Assembly (NCBI GenBank): GCA_963739455.1
Contig: CAVUAK010000001.1
Location: forward strand, 480,001 to 544,000
DNA from: an uncultured Gemmatimonadales bacterium
GTDB taxonomy: Bacteria; Gemmatimonadota; Gemmatimonadetes; Gemmatimonadales; GWC2-71-9
Length of the DNA: 64,000 nucleotides
Reading direction: 5' to 3'
The position numbers and the translations under genes are program-made. Every line of letters starts with the position of its first letter. The stretch's first letter is position 1. Below the pieces are notes generated by a model. It was not told where the DNA came from, did no database searches, and saw only the letters and a list, made by a program, of their open reading frames with translations. Shown piece by piece: positions 41,113-50,989 of the stretch.

Positions 41113-41833
41113 CGCGGCGACCTATGGCGATCAGGGACTGGCCGAACGGCAGCGGCAGGAAGCGCTCGCAGGCGCAGCAGCGGCACCATGCTGTCGAAGG
41201 AGCGAAGCTGTGACAGCGGAATGAGCCGGGTTCGCCGCACGCAGGCATTGAACCACCAGCCGAGCGTCCCGACACGATTGAACCAGAAGATCCGCTCGAG
41301 CGTGAGACCAGCGGCCGTGAAACGCCGCAGCCAGCGACGCCCTGGTATAGCGGCGATAGTGACCCAGCTCGACATCCAGCGAGCCGAAGATCGACGGCAA
41401 GGCAGGAACGAGGACCACCACACGCCCAGCGGGTGCCAGCAGCTCGGCCATGCTCCGGAGCGTACCGACGTCGTCCTCGATGTGCTCCACGACATTGAGC
41501 GCGATCGACGGTGTCGAGTCGCAGCGGCCCGAAGCGCCCCGCGGCCGTGACATCAGGCAGCGTCAGGGAATCGACCTGCACCTCGGGACGATCGGCGAAC
41601 CGCGTCCGCAGCTGCTCCTGGTACCAGGCGTCCGTATCGGTCAGCACCAGCAGGTCGCGCCCGCCAGCGAGGATGTGCGCCGACATGTTGCCGATGCCCG
41701 ACCCTACCTCGAGCACCCGTCGGCCCACGTAGGGTGCGATCTGCTCGAATTGCCATGCGTTGTACCGCGGTGCAGCCGACATGATCTCCAGCGTCTCGGC
41801 GCCGGCCACGTCCCCGGGAAGCACTTCGGTCAC
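41105..41833 (-). CDS. Class I SAM-dependent methyltransferase (frameshifted)
   Basis: VLEVGSGIG, NVVEHIEDD, VPA...D.ELGHYRRY; GTG start overlaps the pilR stop. Confidence 0.85.
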   Translation of the reverse strand: MTEVLPGDVAGAETLEIMSAAPRYNAWQFEQIAPYVGRRVLEVGSGIGNMSAHILAGGRDLLVLTDTDAWYQEQLRTRFADRPEVQVDSLTLPDVTAAGRFGPLRLDTVDRAQCRGAHRGRRRYAPEHGRAAGTRWACGGPRSCLAVDLRLAGCRAGSLSPLYQGVAGCGVSRPLVSRSSGSSGSIVSGRSAGGSMPACGEPGSFRCHSFAPSTAWCRCCACERFLPLPFGQSLIAIGRRDG

Positions 41834-43212
41834 GCCTTCGCCTCCGCCACCTGCTCCTCGTACCGGGCCAGCTTCCGGTACAGCGTCGACGGATCGATGC
41901 CGAGCACCTCGGCGGCGCGGGTCTTGTTGCCGCCCTCGGCCTGCAGCACCCACATGATGTAGGCCCGCTCGATCACCTCGAGCGTCGGGTTCTTGTAGGA
42001 GCGCTCGCTCACCAGCGGCTCCTTCCGGCGCCGCGTGATGCGCTCCGGCAGGAACGCCGGCTCGATCAGTGTCGACCGGCAGAGCACGCCGGCATGCTCG
42101 AGCGCGTTCTCCAGTTCGCGCACGTTGCCCGGCCACTCGTACACCATCACGGCGTCGAGCGATTCCTGGCTGAGGGCCTTGACCTCGCCGCCGCTTTCCT
42201 GCGCCAGCACCGCGAGGAACTGCTCGATCAGGAGCAGCAGGTCGTCGCGCCGCTCGCGCAGCGGCGGCAGGTGCAGCGCGATCACGTTGAGGCGGTAGAA
42301 GAGGTCGGACCGGAAGTTGCCCCGGCGCATCTCCTCCTCGAGGTCGCGGTTGGTCGCGGCGATGATGCGCACGTCCACCGGGATCGCCTCGGTGGCGCCG
42401 ACCGGGATCACTTCCCGCTCCTGCAGCACGCGCAGCAGCTTCACCTGCAGCGAGGCCGGCATCTCACCCACTTCGTCGAGGAAGAAGGTGCCGGTGCGCG
42501 CCGCCGCGAAGAGGCCCTGCTTGTCGCGCACCGCGCCGGTGAAGCTGCCCTTCACGTGGCCGAAGAGCTCGCTCTCGAGCAGGCTCTCGGGCAGTGCACC
42601 GCAGTTGATCGACAGGAACGGGCCCTCACTCCGCGCCGACAGCTCGTGGATGTAGTGCGCCACGACTTCCTTGCCGGTGCCGCTCTCGCCCTGGATCAGC
42701 ACCGTGGAATCGGTGGGGGCCACGTGTTCGGCGAGCTTGAGCATCTCGAGGAAGCGCTTCGACTTGCCGATGGGCCGCGACACGCCGCCCCGCTCCCGGC
42801 GGCGGATTTCCTGCCGCAGCTGCTTGTTCTCCACGCGGATCGCGCGGAATTCGCAGGCCCGCCGCAGGATGGCCACCAGTTCGTCGTTGGAGAACGGCTT
42901 CTGGATGTAGTAGAAGGCGCCGCTGTTCACCGCCTGGATGGCGCTCTGCAGTGATGCCTGCGCGGTCATGAGGATGACGGGCGTCATCGCGTCCTGCTCG
43001 CGGGCTGCCGTCAGGATGTCGATGCCGGACACCTGGGGCATCCGCACGTCGGTGAGCACGATGTCGTGCGCCCCGTTCCGGATCTGTTCCAGCCCTGCCT
43101 TGCCGCCCTGGGCGGTCGTGACCTCAAATCCCTCATTGCGGAGCAGGATCCGCAGCGTGTCGAGGATGCCCGACTCGTCGTCGATGACGAGCACGGTTGG
43201 TTTCTGGCTCAT
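41830..43212 (-). CDS. pilR: Sigma54-dependent response regulator, PilR-like
   Basis: Receiver [30 protein letters not shown]; downstream of a PilS-like kinase. Confidence 0.75.
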   Translation of the reverse strand: MSQKPTVLVIDDESGILDTLRILLRNEGFEVTTAQGGKAGLEQIRNGAHDIVLTDVRMPQVSGIDILTAAREQDAMTPVILMTAQASLQSAIQAVNSGAFYYIQKPFSNDELVAILRRACEFRAIRVENKQLRQEIRRRERGGVSRPIGKSKRFLEMLKLAEHVAPTDSTVLIQGESGTGKEVVAHYIHELSARSEGPFLSINCGALPESLLESELFGHVKGSFTGAVRDKQGLFAAARTGTFFLDEVGEMPASLQVKLLRVLQEREVIPVGATEAIPVDVRIIAATNRDLEEEMRRGNFRSDLFYRLNVIALHLPPLRERRDDLLLLIEQFLAVLAQESGGEVKALSQESLDAVMVYEWPGNVRELENALEHAGVLCRSTLIEPAFLPERITRRRKEPLVSERSYKNPTLEVIERAYIMWVLQAEGGNKTRAAEVLGIDPSTLYRKLARYEEQVAEAKA

Positions 43213-44904
43213 GCGACTCCCTCCGCCATGGCGTGGGCGGGAAGCAGGATGGTAAAGGTGGTGCCGGCGCGCAGCCTGGTCTCGACGTACACGAGCCCCC
43301 GATGCGCCTCGACCGCGCGCTGTACGATGGCGAGGCCCAGTCCACTGCCCCCGGGCCGTCCCGACACGAACGGCTGGAACAGGCGTTCCTTGATCTCGTC
43401 CGGGATACCCGGGCCGTCGTCAACGACCTGCAGCCGCGCGGCGTCCTCGAAATCGGCGCCATGCGGAAGTTCATTCGCCGGCAGCATGCCGACCCGCACC
43501 GTGACTCGCACCGGCTGGCCCCGCGCGGCCTGCACGGCGTTGAGCAGGAGGTTGGCGACCACGCGGTGCAGCAGGTCCGCATCGCCCTGGAGGATTGTCT
43601 CCTCTCCCTCCACAATCACCGCGGCTTGCGGCCCGCAGTCGGGGTGGACCTGCACCACCCGGGCGGCATCCTTCGCTACCGCCAGGAGGTCGACAGGTTC
43701 CGACTTTGTGGCACGGACACGGGCAAAGTCGAGGAACTCGCTCAGTAGCCGGGTCAGGCGGTCGCTTTCACGGACGATGAGGCCGGAAAGTACCTGGTCG
43801 TCCTCGCTCGCGTGCCTGCCCCGGGCGAGCTGCTCACACGCGCTGCGAATGGATGCCAGCGGGTTCCTGATCTCGTGCGCGAGCGATGCGGACAATGCCG
43901 CCACCGCCTCGAGCCGCTCTGCGCGGCGATGCAGCTCCTGCAACTGCTTCAGCTCCGAGATGTCGGTGAAGATTGCCGTGACCGACGGCACCTCGCGATC
44001 CTCCGGCTGGAAGGTGGTGGTGGAGAGACCGATCGGGAAACAGGCGCCCATTCGCCCGCACCATCCCCTCCCCGCGACTCACCTTGCGGCCATGCCGGAT
44101 GCCCGCAACGATGGCAGCGCCCAGGTCCTTCGACTGCGTATGAAGCTTGTCGAGGATGGGCCGGCCGAGCAATCGGTCGCCGTTGATGCCAAGGAGCCGC
44201 TCCGCCGTCGGGTTGATGAAGGCCAGGCGCCCCTCGGCGTCCACCGTGATCACGCCCGACCGGATGTTCTGCAGGATCTCGTCGGCCTCGAGCCGGACGC
44301 GCCGGAGTTCGTAGGCCAGCGTGTGCTGCTGCGCATCCGACGCCCGGAGCCTGTGACCCAGCACCGCGACGATGGCGAACACCACGTTGAAGAGCACGAC
44401 CTGCACCCAGAATGCGGCGTCGGGACCGGTCGAGCCGCCCCACAATGCGTCGGACACGTACAGCACCGTGGCGCACACGGTGACCAGGACGCCCAGCTGC
44501 GGCGGGAGCAGCACCGCGTACCCGGCGATGACCAGCACGTATAGCGACGCGAAAATCGCGGGCGCGCTCGCGTAGTGAACCAGGGTGGTGACGAGCCCCA
44601 GGTCTGCCAGCGCCTGGCCCACCAGGAAGAGGCTGCCGATCTCGCCGCCCCGGATCCGGACCCGCCACCAGCCATACGCCGTGGCCACGAGAGTGACCAG
44701 CACGGCAATGCTGAAGATGAACGAGACGTCGGGAGTCCGGGTCCAGACAAGCGCGGCGGCGAGCAGGGTGCCGACCGCCAGCATGGTTCGCGCGGCAAAG
44801 AGCCAGGAGAGCAGCGCGCGCTGCCGGGGCAACGAACTGGTATCCGCGCCGGAAACGGCCGGAGCTGCAGGCATTGGCCGCTCGAGGGTCGGTGCTTCGG
44901 GCAT
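43209..44904 (-). CDS. pilS: PilS-like sensor kinase (about 6 TM, PAS, HK; frameshift near 44045)
   Basis: TM region DLGLVTTLVHY..FASLY; PAS SGVITVD...INPTAE; AHEIRNPLASI; GSGLGL. Confidence 0.75.
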
Positions 44905-44941
44905 CACCCTGAACGATAGCCGCTTCGCTAGATTGCGCGCC

Positions 44942-45334
44942 ATGCTGGATCGACCCAATCCCCTGCTCATGAGCGTGCGCGCACTGCGGAAGCGGTGTCC
45001 TCACTGCGGTGGCCGCAACCTCTACGAAGGATGGTTCAAGGCGCGGCACAACTGCCCGACCTGCGGCTTGCGGCTTGAGCGTGGCGAGGAAGGCTATGTG
45101 GTGGGGAGCTACATGTTCAACCTGGTGGGCGCCGAGCTGGTGTTCATGTCGTGCTTCCTGCTGGCCGTGCTGCTGACGTGGCCCACCCCGCCGTGGGACG
45201 TGCTGCGCTGGACGGGCGGGTTGTTCATGATCACGGCACCCTTGCTCTTCTATCCCTTCGCCAAGCTGCTCTTTCTCGCGTTTGACCTGAGCTTCCGGCC
45301 CGCCCGCCCGGAGGACTTCATCACGGCACCATAG
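44942..45334 (+). CDS. DUF983-like Zn-ribbon membrane protein
   Basis: RCPHCG...CPTCG followed by two TMs. Confidence 0.75.
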   Translation: MLDRPNPLLMSVRALRKRCPHCGGRNLYEGWFKARHNCPTCGLRLERGEEGYVVGSYMFNLVGAELVFMSCFLLAVLLTWPTPPWDVLRWTGGLFMITAPLLFYPFAKLLFLAFDLSFRPARPEDFITAP

Positions 45335-45340
45335 CCGCCG

Positions 45341-47636
45341 CTATGGAATGGCCGTCAGTTCGCGCGGCCAGTCGTAGAGCACCTGGTACAGGTTCCTGTT
45401 CCGCTGCACGATGCGCACGTAGTCCCGCGTCTCGACGAACGGAATTCGCTCGGTCAGCAATTCGGGATCCTCGGCGCCGCCCCGCGTCTTCCAGCGCACC
45501 ACGCGGTGCGCACCGGCGTTGTACGCCGCAAGCACTTCGACGACACTGCCCTGGTTCTCCAGCAGCGCGCGCAGGTGTACCGAGCCAATCTCGAGGTTCG
45601 CGTCCGCCTGGTAGAGCAGCACGGCGTCCCACTCCGGATAGCCGAGGTCCCGCGCGACTCGCTTGCCCACTTCAGGCATCACCTGCATCAATCCTCGCGC
45701 CCCGGCCGCCGAGGTGGCGGCTGGATCGAAGAGGGATTCCTGGCGCGTGAGCGCTGCTACCAGCGAGGCGTCGACCCCGGCGCGCGTCGCTTCCCCCCGG
45801 AGTGCAGCAGGAAATCCCAGCGGGTAGAGGAGCCGGTAGAGTCGCGCGTCGCGCGGGGCACCGGCATTCTGCGCCTTCCGCGCAAGGGAGATTGCCTGGC
45901 TCGGCAGCCCGTGACGGCGCATGAGGTCCGCGCCAGCCATGAGCCGCTCGGACGACGTGCCGGCGGCGCGCGCGACCCGCGCCCGCTCCAGTGCCGCCTC
46001 GTCCTCGAGCATGAGATGGTCGAGGAGCGCGGCGCGCCGTACCAGGCTGTCCAGGTCGGGCACCACCGCAAAGGTGTCGGGCGATGCCGCCGGCGCCCAC
46101 GGCGGTATGCCAAGACGCCGCGCCGCGACATCGGCGTAGTAGGACATCGAGTCGCGCGCGATCACCTCCTGCCAACGCGCAGTGGAACGCGCCGTGTCGC
46201 CCATCCCCGCCCACGCGCGCCCCGCCCAGTAGAGTGCCGGAAGCGCCTCGGGGCTTGTCCGCTGGTGCTGGTCGAAGGCGTCGAACTCCTTCGCGGCCAC
46301 CTCGTACATGCTGTCGGCGTAGGCGATGATGGCCGCGCGGAACGCCGCCGCCCCGGCCTGCCGGCTGCCCGGGTGCTGCCGGACAATCTGGAGAAAGGTG
46401 CTCCGCGCTGCGCGGTCGTCGCGATCATCGGTGGAAAGATCCGCGAGGAGATACAGTGCCTGCGCCGCGCTCGAATCGGAAGGCCATCTCTTCGCGACCA
46501 GGCGAAGTTGCGTGACGCCCTCCGAAGAGCGCCCGTCGCGCACCATCGATCGACCGATGCGATAGCCGGCCGCAGCGGCCAGCGACTTCGGCTGCGTGAC
46601 CCGCCGGTACTGTGCAATCGCCTCCTTGTACCGACCCTGCCGGAAGAGCACGTCGCCCCAGGCGAGACGATCCTCGGTGCTGCCAACCGACGCCCCGAAC
46701 GCCGCCGCATAGGCATCCGAGGCGCGGCCGAGTGGTCCCGAACGCGCCGCACTCCGGGCGAGGACCAGCTGCTGGCTGGCGGTCAGGGGCAGGCGCATGC
46801 TGTCGAGCAGCTGCACCGCACCGCGGGCCGGGGCCGTTCCGCTTCGGTCCGCAATGAAGGTCACCAGTTCCGTGCCGAGTGCCCGTCGCTGGGCGCTGTC
46901 GGCGACGGCGACGCGCAGCCGGAATGCCGACAGCGGGGCACGCAGCGGCTGTGTAGGCGCCGATGGCACCCAGCGTGTCGCCGGACCGCACCCGGGCGAG
47001 TGCCAGGGCGAGCGGCACCTGGCCTCGCACCACCGTGTCGGCGATCGCGGCCGCCAGCATCGCGCGATGCGCGGAATCCGTCGCCGTGCCGACGGCCCGG
47101 AGGTAAAGCCAGTCGCGCACCAGTGGCAGCAGGTCGGCCGCCGCGTGGTACCCGGCGCTGGCGCTGTCGTAGTTCCCGATGCCCTCGAGCGCCTGGCCCA
47201 GCAACACGAGTCGCTCACCCCGCGCGACCGGATCGGCCGCCTGTCGCACTGCCGCGCGGGCCTCCACCGCAGCATTGCTGTCGCGACCAAGGCCCAGCGC
47301 CGCGCGGGCCAGCAGCTCGCGACCTTCGCCACCAAATGCGGTGTCGATCCAGGTGGCGCTGCGCAGCAGCTGGTCCGTCTCACGCCAGCCGTGCCAGCCG
47401 GCGGCCGCTGTGGCGGCGACCAGCTCGACCTCAGGCGTGCGCAGGAGTGAATCGCGCATGACCGGCGCCAGCAGGCGGGTCGCGCGCCACGGACGACCAT
47501 CGGCGATCGCCTCGCGCGCCATGGCCAGCACGGAATCGCGCAGCACCACGCGCGCCGGCGCGGGGCGCATCGGCGGCACCGCCGTCGAGGGCACGAGGGC
47601 AAGGAGCAGGGCAAGCCCTGCCGAAGCGGTCTTCAT
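45341..47636 (-). CDS. slt: Slt70-like lytic transglycosylase with TPR region (frameshift near 46950)
   Basis: RQESLFDP, GARGLMQVMP, AAYNAG, ETRDYV; N-terminal signal peptide in ORF 46425..47636. Confidence 0.88.
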
Positions 47637-47693
47637 GGCTGAAGGCTGTACCGGGATCAGGTCCCGCGCAATCGGGCTTGACCGAGGGTGGAA

Positions 47694-47720
47694 GGATCCG
47701 TCACGGGCCGGCAGGCGTTA
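47694..47720 (+). promoter_or_regulatory. Putative ECF-sigma promoter
   Basis: GGATCC-N16-CGTTA about 50 nt upstream of the DM13 gene. Confidence 0.35.
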
Positions 47721-47769
47721 GCCCTGTACGGGTGCACTCGGCGCCCGGTCACTCCACGGGAGCCACACA

Positions 47770-48339
47770 ATGCACTGTACCAGTAGCCGGGCGATGCTCA
47801 TCGCCTTCACCCTCGCCACGGGGTCGGCAGCACCCTCGATGGCGCAGTCGATGTCGAACGACAAGGCGATGACCAGCGACAAGATGATGGCGACGGCCAT
47901 GAAGGGAAGTTTTTCGGGGGCGATGAACCACTCGGTGAGCGGCTCCTACGCCCTGACCGGCAGTGGCAAGGAACGCAAGCTCGAGTTCGGGAATGACTTC
48001 AGGATGGACAAGGCCGCCGATGTGTATGTTATGCTGGGCAAGGGCATGACGAAGGACCAGGGGTCACTCGAGCTGGGCAAGCTCAAGAAGACGGACGGTG
48101 CACAGAGCTACGACATCCCCGAGTCCGCCAACCTCGCCAGCTACTCCAGCGTGATTCTCTGGAGCAAGAAGGACAAGGCAGTAGTCGGTGAGGCGACGAT
48201 GGGGGGACATGGCGCGATGGGATCGATGGAACACGGCAGCATGGACAAGGGCGCGATGATGGACAAGCCCGCCATGGCGAAGGACACCAGCATGATGAAG
48301 TCGATGGCGAAGGATTCCGGGATGATGAAAAAGCCCTGA
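47770..48339 (+). CDS. Secreted DM13-domain protein with Met-rich (MxKD-like) tails
   Basis: Signal peptide; H.VSG, DVYV.L, LGKLK..GAQSY.IP, Y.SV.LW; 24 Met in 189 aa. Confidence 0.8.
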   Translation: MHCTSSRAMLIAFTLATGSAAPSMAQSMSNDKAMTSDKMMATAMKGSFSGAMNHSVSGSYALTGSGKERKLEFGNDFRMDKAADVYVMLGKGMTKDQGSLELGKLKKTDGAQSYDIPESANLASYSSVILWSKKDKAVVGEATMGGHGAMGSMEHGSMDKGAMMDKPAMAKDTSMMKSMAKDSGMMKKP

Positions 48340-48953
48340 TGGTTGCAGCCAGTGAGTCCCCCGCGCCGAGGGGCCCGCTCACCCTCGAGCGGGCCTCCGC
48401 GCTGCGGGAACGCCTGGTGGCGCGCGACGAGCGGGCGCTCGAGGAACTCATCGTGCTCGCGACGCCGTGGCTCCTGGGCGTCGCGCAGGGCATGCTGAGC
48501 GACGCCGACGAAGCGGAGGACGTCGTGCTTGACGCCTTCCGCATCCTGTGGGATCGCGTGGACACGCTCTCTGGCGACCAGCCCGGCCTCATGCCGTGGC
48601 TGCTCCGCATCGTGCGCAACCGGGCCATTGACCGGCTGCGCGCGCGACGCCGTCATGGCCTCCGCATCGAGCGCGCACAGCGGAGCGGCGTGCTCGGCGA
48701 TGAGTATGACCAGCCCGTCACGCCCAATGAGGCGGCGCATCCCGGCTGGCATGTGCACGAGTCGGTGCACGCGGCACTCCGCGACCTTCCCGAAGACCAG
48801 CGGAACACCGTCCAGCTGGCCTATTTCAGCGGGCTGACGCACTCCGAGATCGCGGCACAACTCGGGATCCCGATGGGCACGGTGAAGACGAGGCTGCGGC
48901 TGGCCTACGGCCGTCTCCGGCAGGCACTCGCTCCGCTCAAGGATTGGGTATGA
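48339..48953 (+). CDS. ECF sigma factor (SigK-like)
   Basis: AEDVVLDAF..LW, WLLRIVRNRAID, LAYFSGLTHSEIA, GTVKTRLR. Confidence 0.92.
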   Translation: MVAASESPAPRGPLTLERASALRERLVARDERALEELIVLATPWLLGVAQGMLSDADEAEDVVLDAFRILWDRVDTLSGDQPGLMPWLLRIVRNRAIDRLRARRRHGLRIERAQRSGVLGDEYDQPVTPNEAAHPGWHVHESVHAALRDLPEDQRNTVQLAYFSGLTHSEIAAQLGIPMGTVKTRLRLAYGRLRQALAPLKDWV

Positions 48954-49681
48954 CGCAACAGCACGCGTGGTTCGTCGAGCATGTAGAGGCGTTCGCGCTG
49001 CGGCACCTCGAGCCCGATGAGGAGCGCAGCTTCCGCGATCACCTCGAGCGCTGCGCCGAGTGCCGGAAGGAGCTTGACCGCGTAGAGCATGAGCTCGCCT
49101 GGCTCCCGATGGGCGTGATGCCGGTGACACTCCGGCCCGGCCTGGTGCGCAAGTTGAGCCGCGGCGTCCTCGGCGAGCGGGAACCAGTGTGGCGGCGTGC
49201 CGTGCCCTGGGCGCTCGCCGCCTCAGTCGCCCTTACGGCCGGCATGATGACGCTCCAGGCGCGTGCCGACGCGCGCGACGCCGGCGCAAGGCTCGCGGCG
49301 GCCTCGGAGGAACTCGATGCCGCGCGTGATACGCTGTCGGTGCTCCGGAACACGCGGAAGGTGATGCACGCTTCCGTGCAGATGGACGGCCAGCAAGGCG
49401 GCATCACCATCCTTGCCGATCCGGTGTCACATCGCTGGAACGTGGTGGTCCACGACCTGCCGAAGCTGCCGCAGGGCGAGCACTACCAGTTCTGGTTCAT
49501 CACCGACGATGGCATGGTCCGGGGCACCGAGTTCGACACGAGCCTGGAGCACCCGGCCGTGATGACGATGGGCATGCCCAAGGAGGGAGGCAACGTGCTC
49601 GGCGCCGCCCTGACGGTGGAACCGGCGGGCGCCAGCAGTGGACCGCCCCAGGGTCAGGTGCTCGCGCACCTCATGCTCTAG
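48950..49681 (+). CDS. Anti-sigma factor, RskA-like with ZAS motif
   Basis: HLERCAEC (HxxxCxxC), single TM, YQFW, ALTVEPAGAS..P.G. Confidence 0.88.
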   Translation: MTQQHAWFVEHVEAFALRHLEPDEERSFRDHLERCAECRKELDRVEHELAWLPMGVMPVTLRPGLVRKLSRGVLGEREPVWRRAVPWALAASVALTAGMMTLQARADARDAGARLAAASEELDAARDTLSVLRNTRKVMHASVQMDGQQGGITILADPVSHRWNVVVHDLPKLPQGEHYQFWFITDDGMVRGTEFDTSLEHPAVMTMGMPKEGGNVLGAALTVEPAGASSGPPQGQVLAHLML

Positions 49682-50560
49682 TCACTCCCCGGTCGGCATC
49701 GAGACGAGCCCCGCCGTCACCGCCAGGATGATTACCGCAATGAAGAGCTCGAGCGCCGCCGCCCGGATGAGTCGACGACTCGACCCTCGCGTACCAAGCG
49801 TCGGCTTCACCACCCGCCAGTTGTAGGCGCCCACGGCCAGCAGCACCACCAGCAGTCCCATCTTGAGCAGCAGGCGCTGGCCGTACGCCGTCTCCCACAG
49901 CGCGCGGAGGCTACCCACCAGGCCCAGCGCCTCGGCTGCGCCGGAGATCACCAGCACCGTGGAACACGCGAGTGCCATCGGGGAGAATTTCTCAACGAGC
50001 CGCGCCAGGCGAACGTGTCGCCGTCCGGAGCGCTCGGGGGGGTCCGAGCGATGCCAGGTGAAGAGCGCCACGCCGAGCGTACCTAGCCACAGGCCGCCGG
50101 CAAATGCATGCGCACCGTGAAGAGCGACGCCGAGCACTGGTCCGCTTGCGCCGTCCATGGCGTGGCCGGTGAGCGGGAGCGTTCCCGCCACCAGCAACGC
50201 CCCGGCCACCGCGATTCCCGGCGGACCCTGTGACATCAACGCGGCAAGAAGGGCGCTTCCGACCTGGCACCACCAGCCCCTTCCCCATGCCGTCGAGAGC
50301 ACGGCCCGCACCGCCTCCATGCTGAGGAACTCGCCGGGGTCGAGAAACGTCTCCGCCTGGGCCAGCAGCCGAAACGCTGCAGCGACCACAAGGGCTACTG
50401 CAGCGCTGAGGGCAATCCGTCGTGCCAGGGCGTCCGCTTCCGGCCAGGCGCCCACCCCGTGGTCCGATGCTTCCAGCCGCATGAAGAGCGTACGCGCGCC
50501 GGCAGCGCCGGTCAGGGCGAAAACCGCGAGGAAGGTGAGCCAGTTGGCCGTGAAGGTCAC
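49682..50560 (-). CDS. copD: CopD family copper transport membrane protein
   Basis: TAWG, LTGHA, H...GGLWLG, FS..A, TAYG..LLLK. Confidence 0.88.
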   Translation of the reverse strand: MTFTANWLTFLAVFALTGAAGARTLFMRLEASDHGVGAWPEADALARRIALSAAVALVVAAAFRLLAQAETFLDPGEFLSMEAVRAVLSTAWGRGWWCQVGSALLAALMSQGPPGIAVAGALLVAGTLPLTGHAMDGASGPVLGVALHGAHAFAGGLWLGTLGVALFTWHRSDPPERSGRRHVRLARLVEKFSPMALACSTVLVISGAAEALGLVGSLRALWETAYGQRLLLKMGLLVVLLAVGAYNWRVVKPTLGTRGSSRRLIRAAALELFIAVIILAVTAGLVSMPTGE

Positions 50561-50943
50561 GACCCTAGAGTAAACCCGAAGCTCCCCCTGATCACGTGAC
50601 CATCGGCTCCGGCCGTCTTCCAGGTGACGGTGTACTTGCCCGGCGCGAGCGGCGCCGTCACGGGCACTGCGATGGACGTCTTGTCGTCGGTGGCACGCAC
50701 CTCGCCCGTCGGGATCAGGGTTGCCGCCGCGTCGGAGAGCTTGATCGAGCTCACGGCGAGCTCGGGTGGCTCCTTGAACCAGAGGCGAACCTGCGCCGGC
50801 GACTTCGTGATTGTGGAGTCGGTGCCCGGCTCCGCCTTCACCAGGCGGTTGTGTCGCGCGACGGGAGCGGCAGCCGTGCCGAAAAGCAGCAGCGTCGGCA
50901 GCAACGTCGCGGCGCTGAAGCGCCTGGCGTGAATCGATCTCAT
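50557..50943 (-). CDS. copC: CopC periplasmic copper-binding protein
   Basis: HNRLVKAEP, GKYTVTW, DGHVIRG; no Met-rich Cu(I) loop. Confidence 0.9.
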   Translation of the reverse strand: MRSIHARRFSAATLLPTLLLFGTAAAPVARHNRLVKAEPGTDSTITKSPAQVRLWFKEPPELAVSSIKLSDAAATLIPTGEVRATDDKTSIAVPVTAPLAPGKYTVTWKTAGADGHVIRGSFGFTLGS

Positions 50944-50989
50944 CCTTCGGCTACCTCCATGGGTGAGTGCTGCGCACAGTCCTTCTTGC

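Noticed and set aside
8705..47636. Frameshifts in mog, gcvT, trmFO, aroC, minor pilins, GT2, methyltransferase, pilS and slt as pseudogenes or programmed frameshifts
   Set aside because: They are scattered small indels in unrelated housekeeping genes whose motifs are otherwise intact, with no shared slippery site seen. Long-read consensus error is the simplest explanation; read polishing would confirm.
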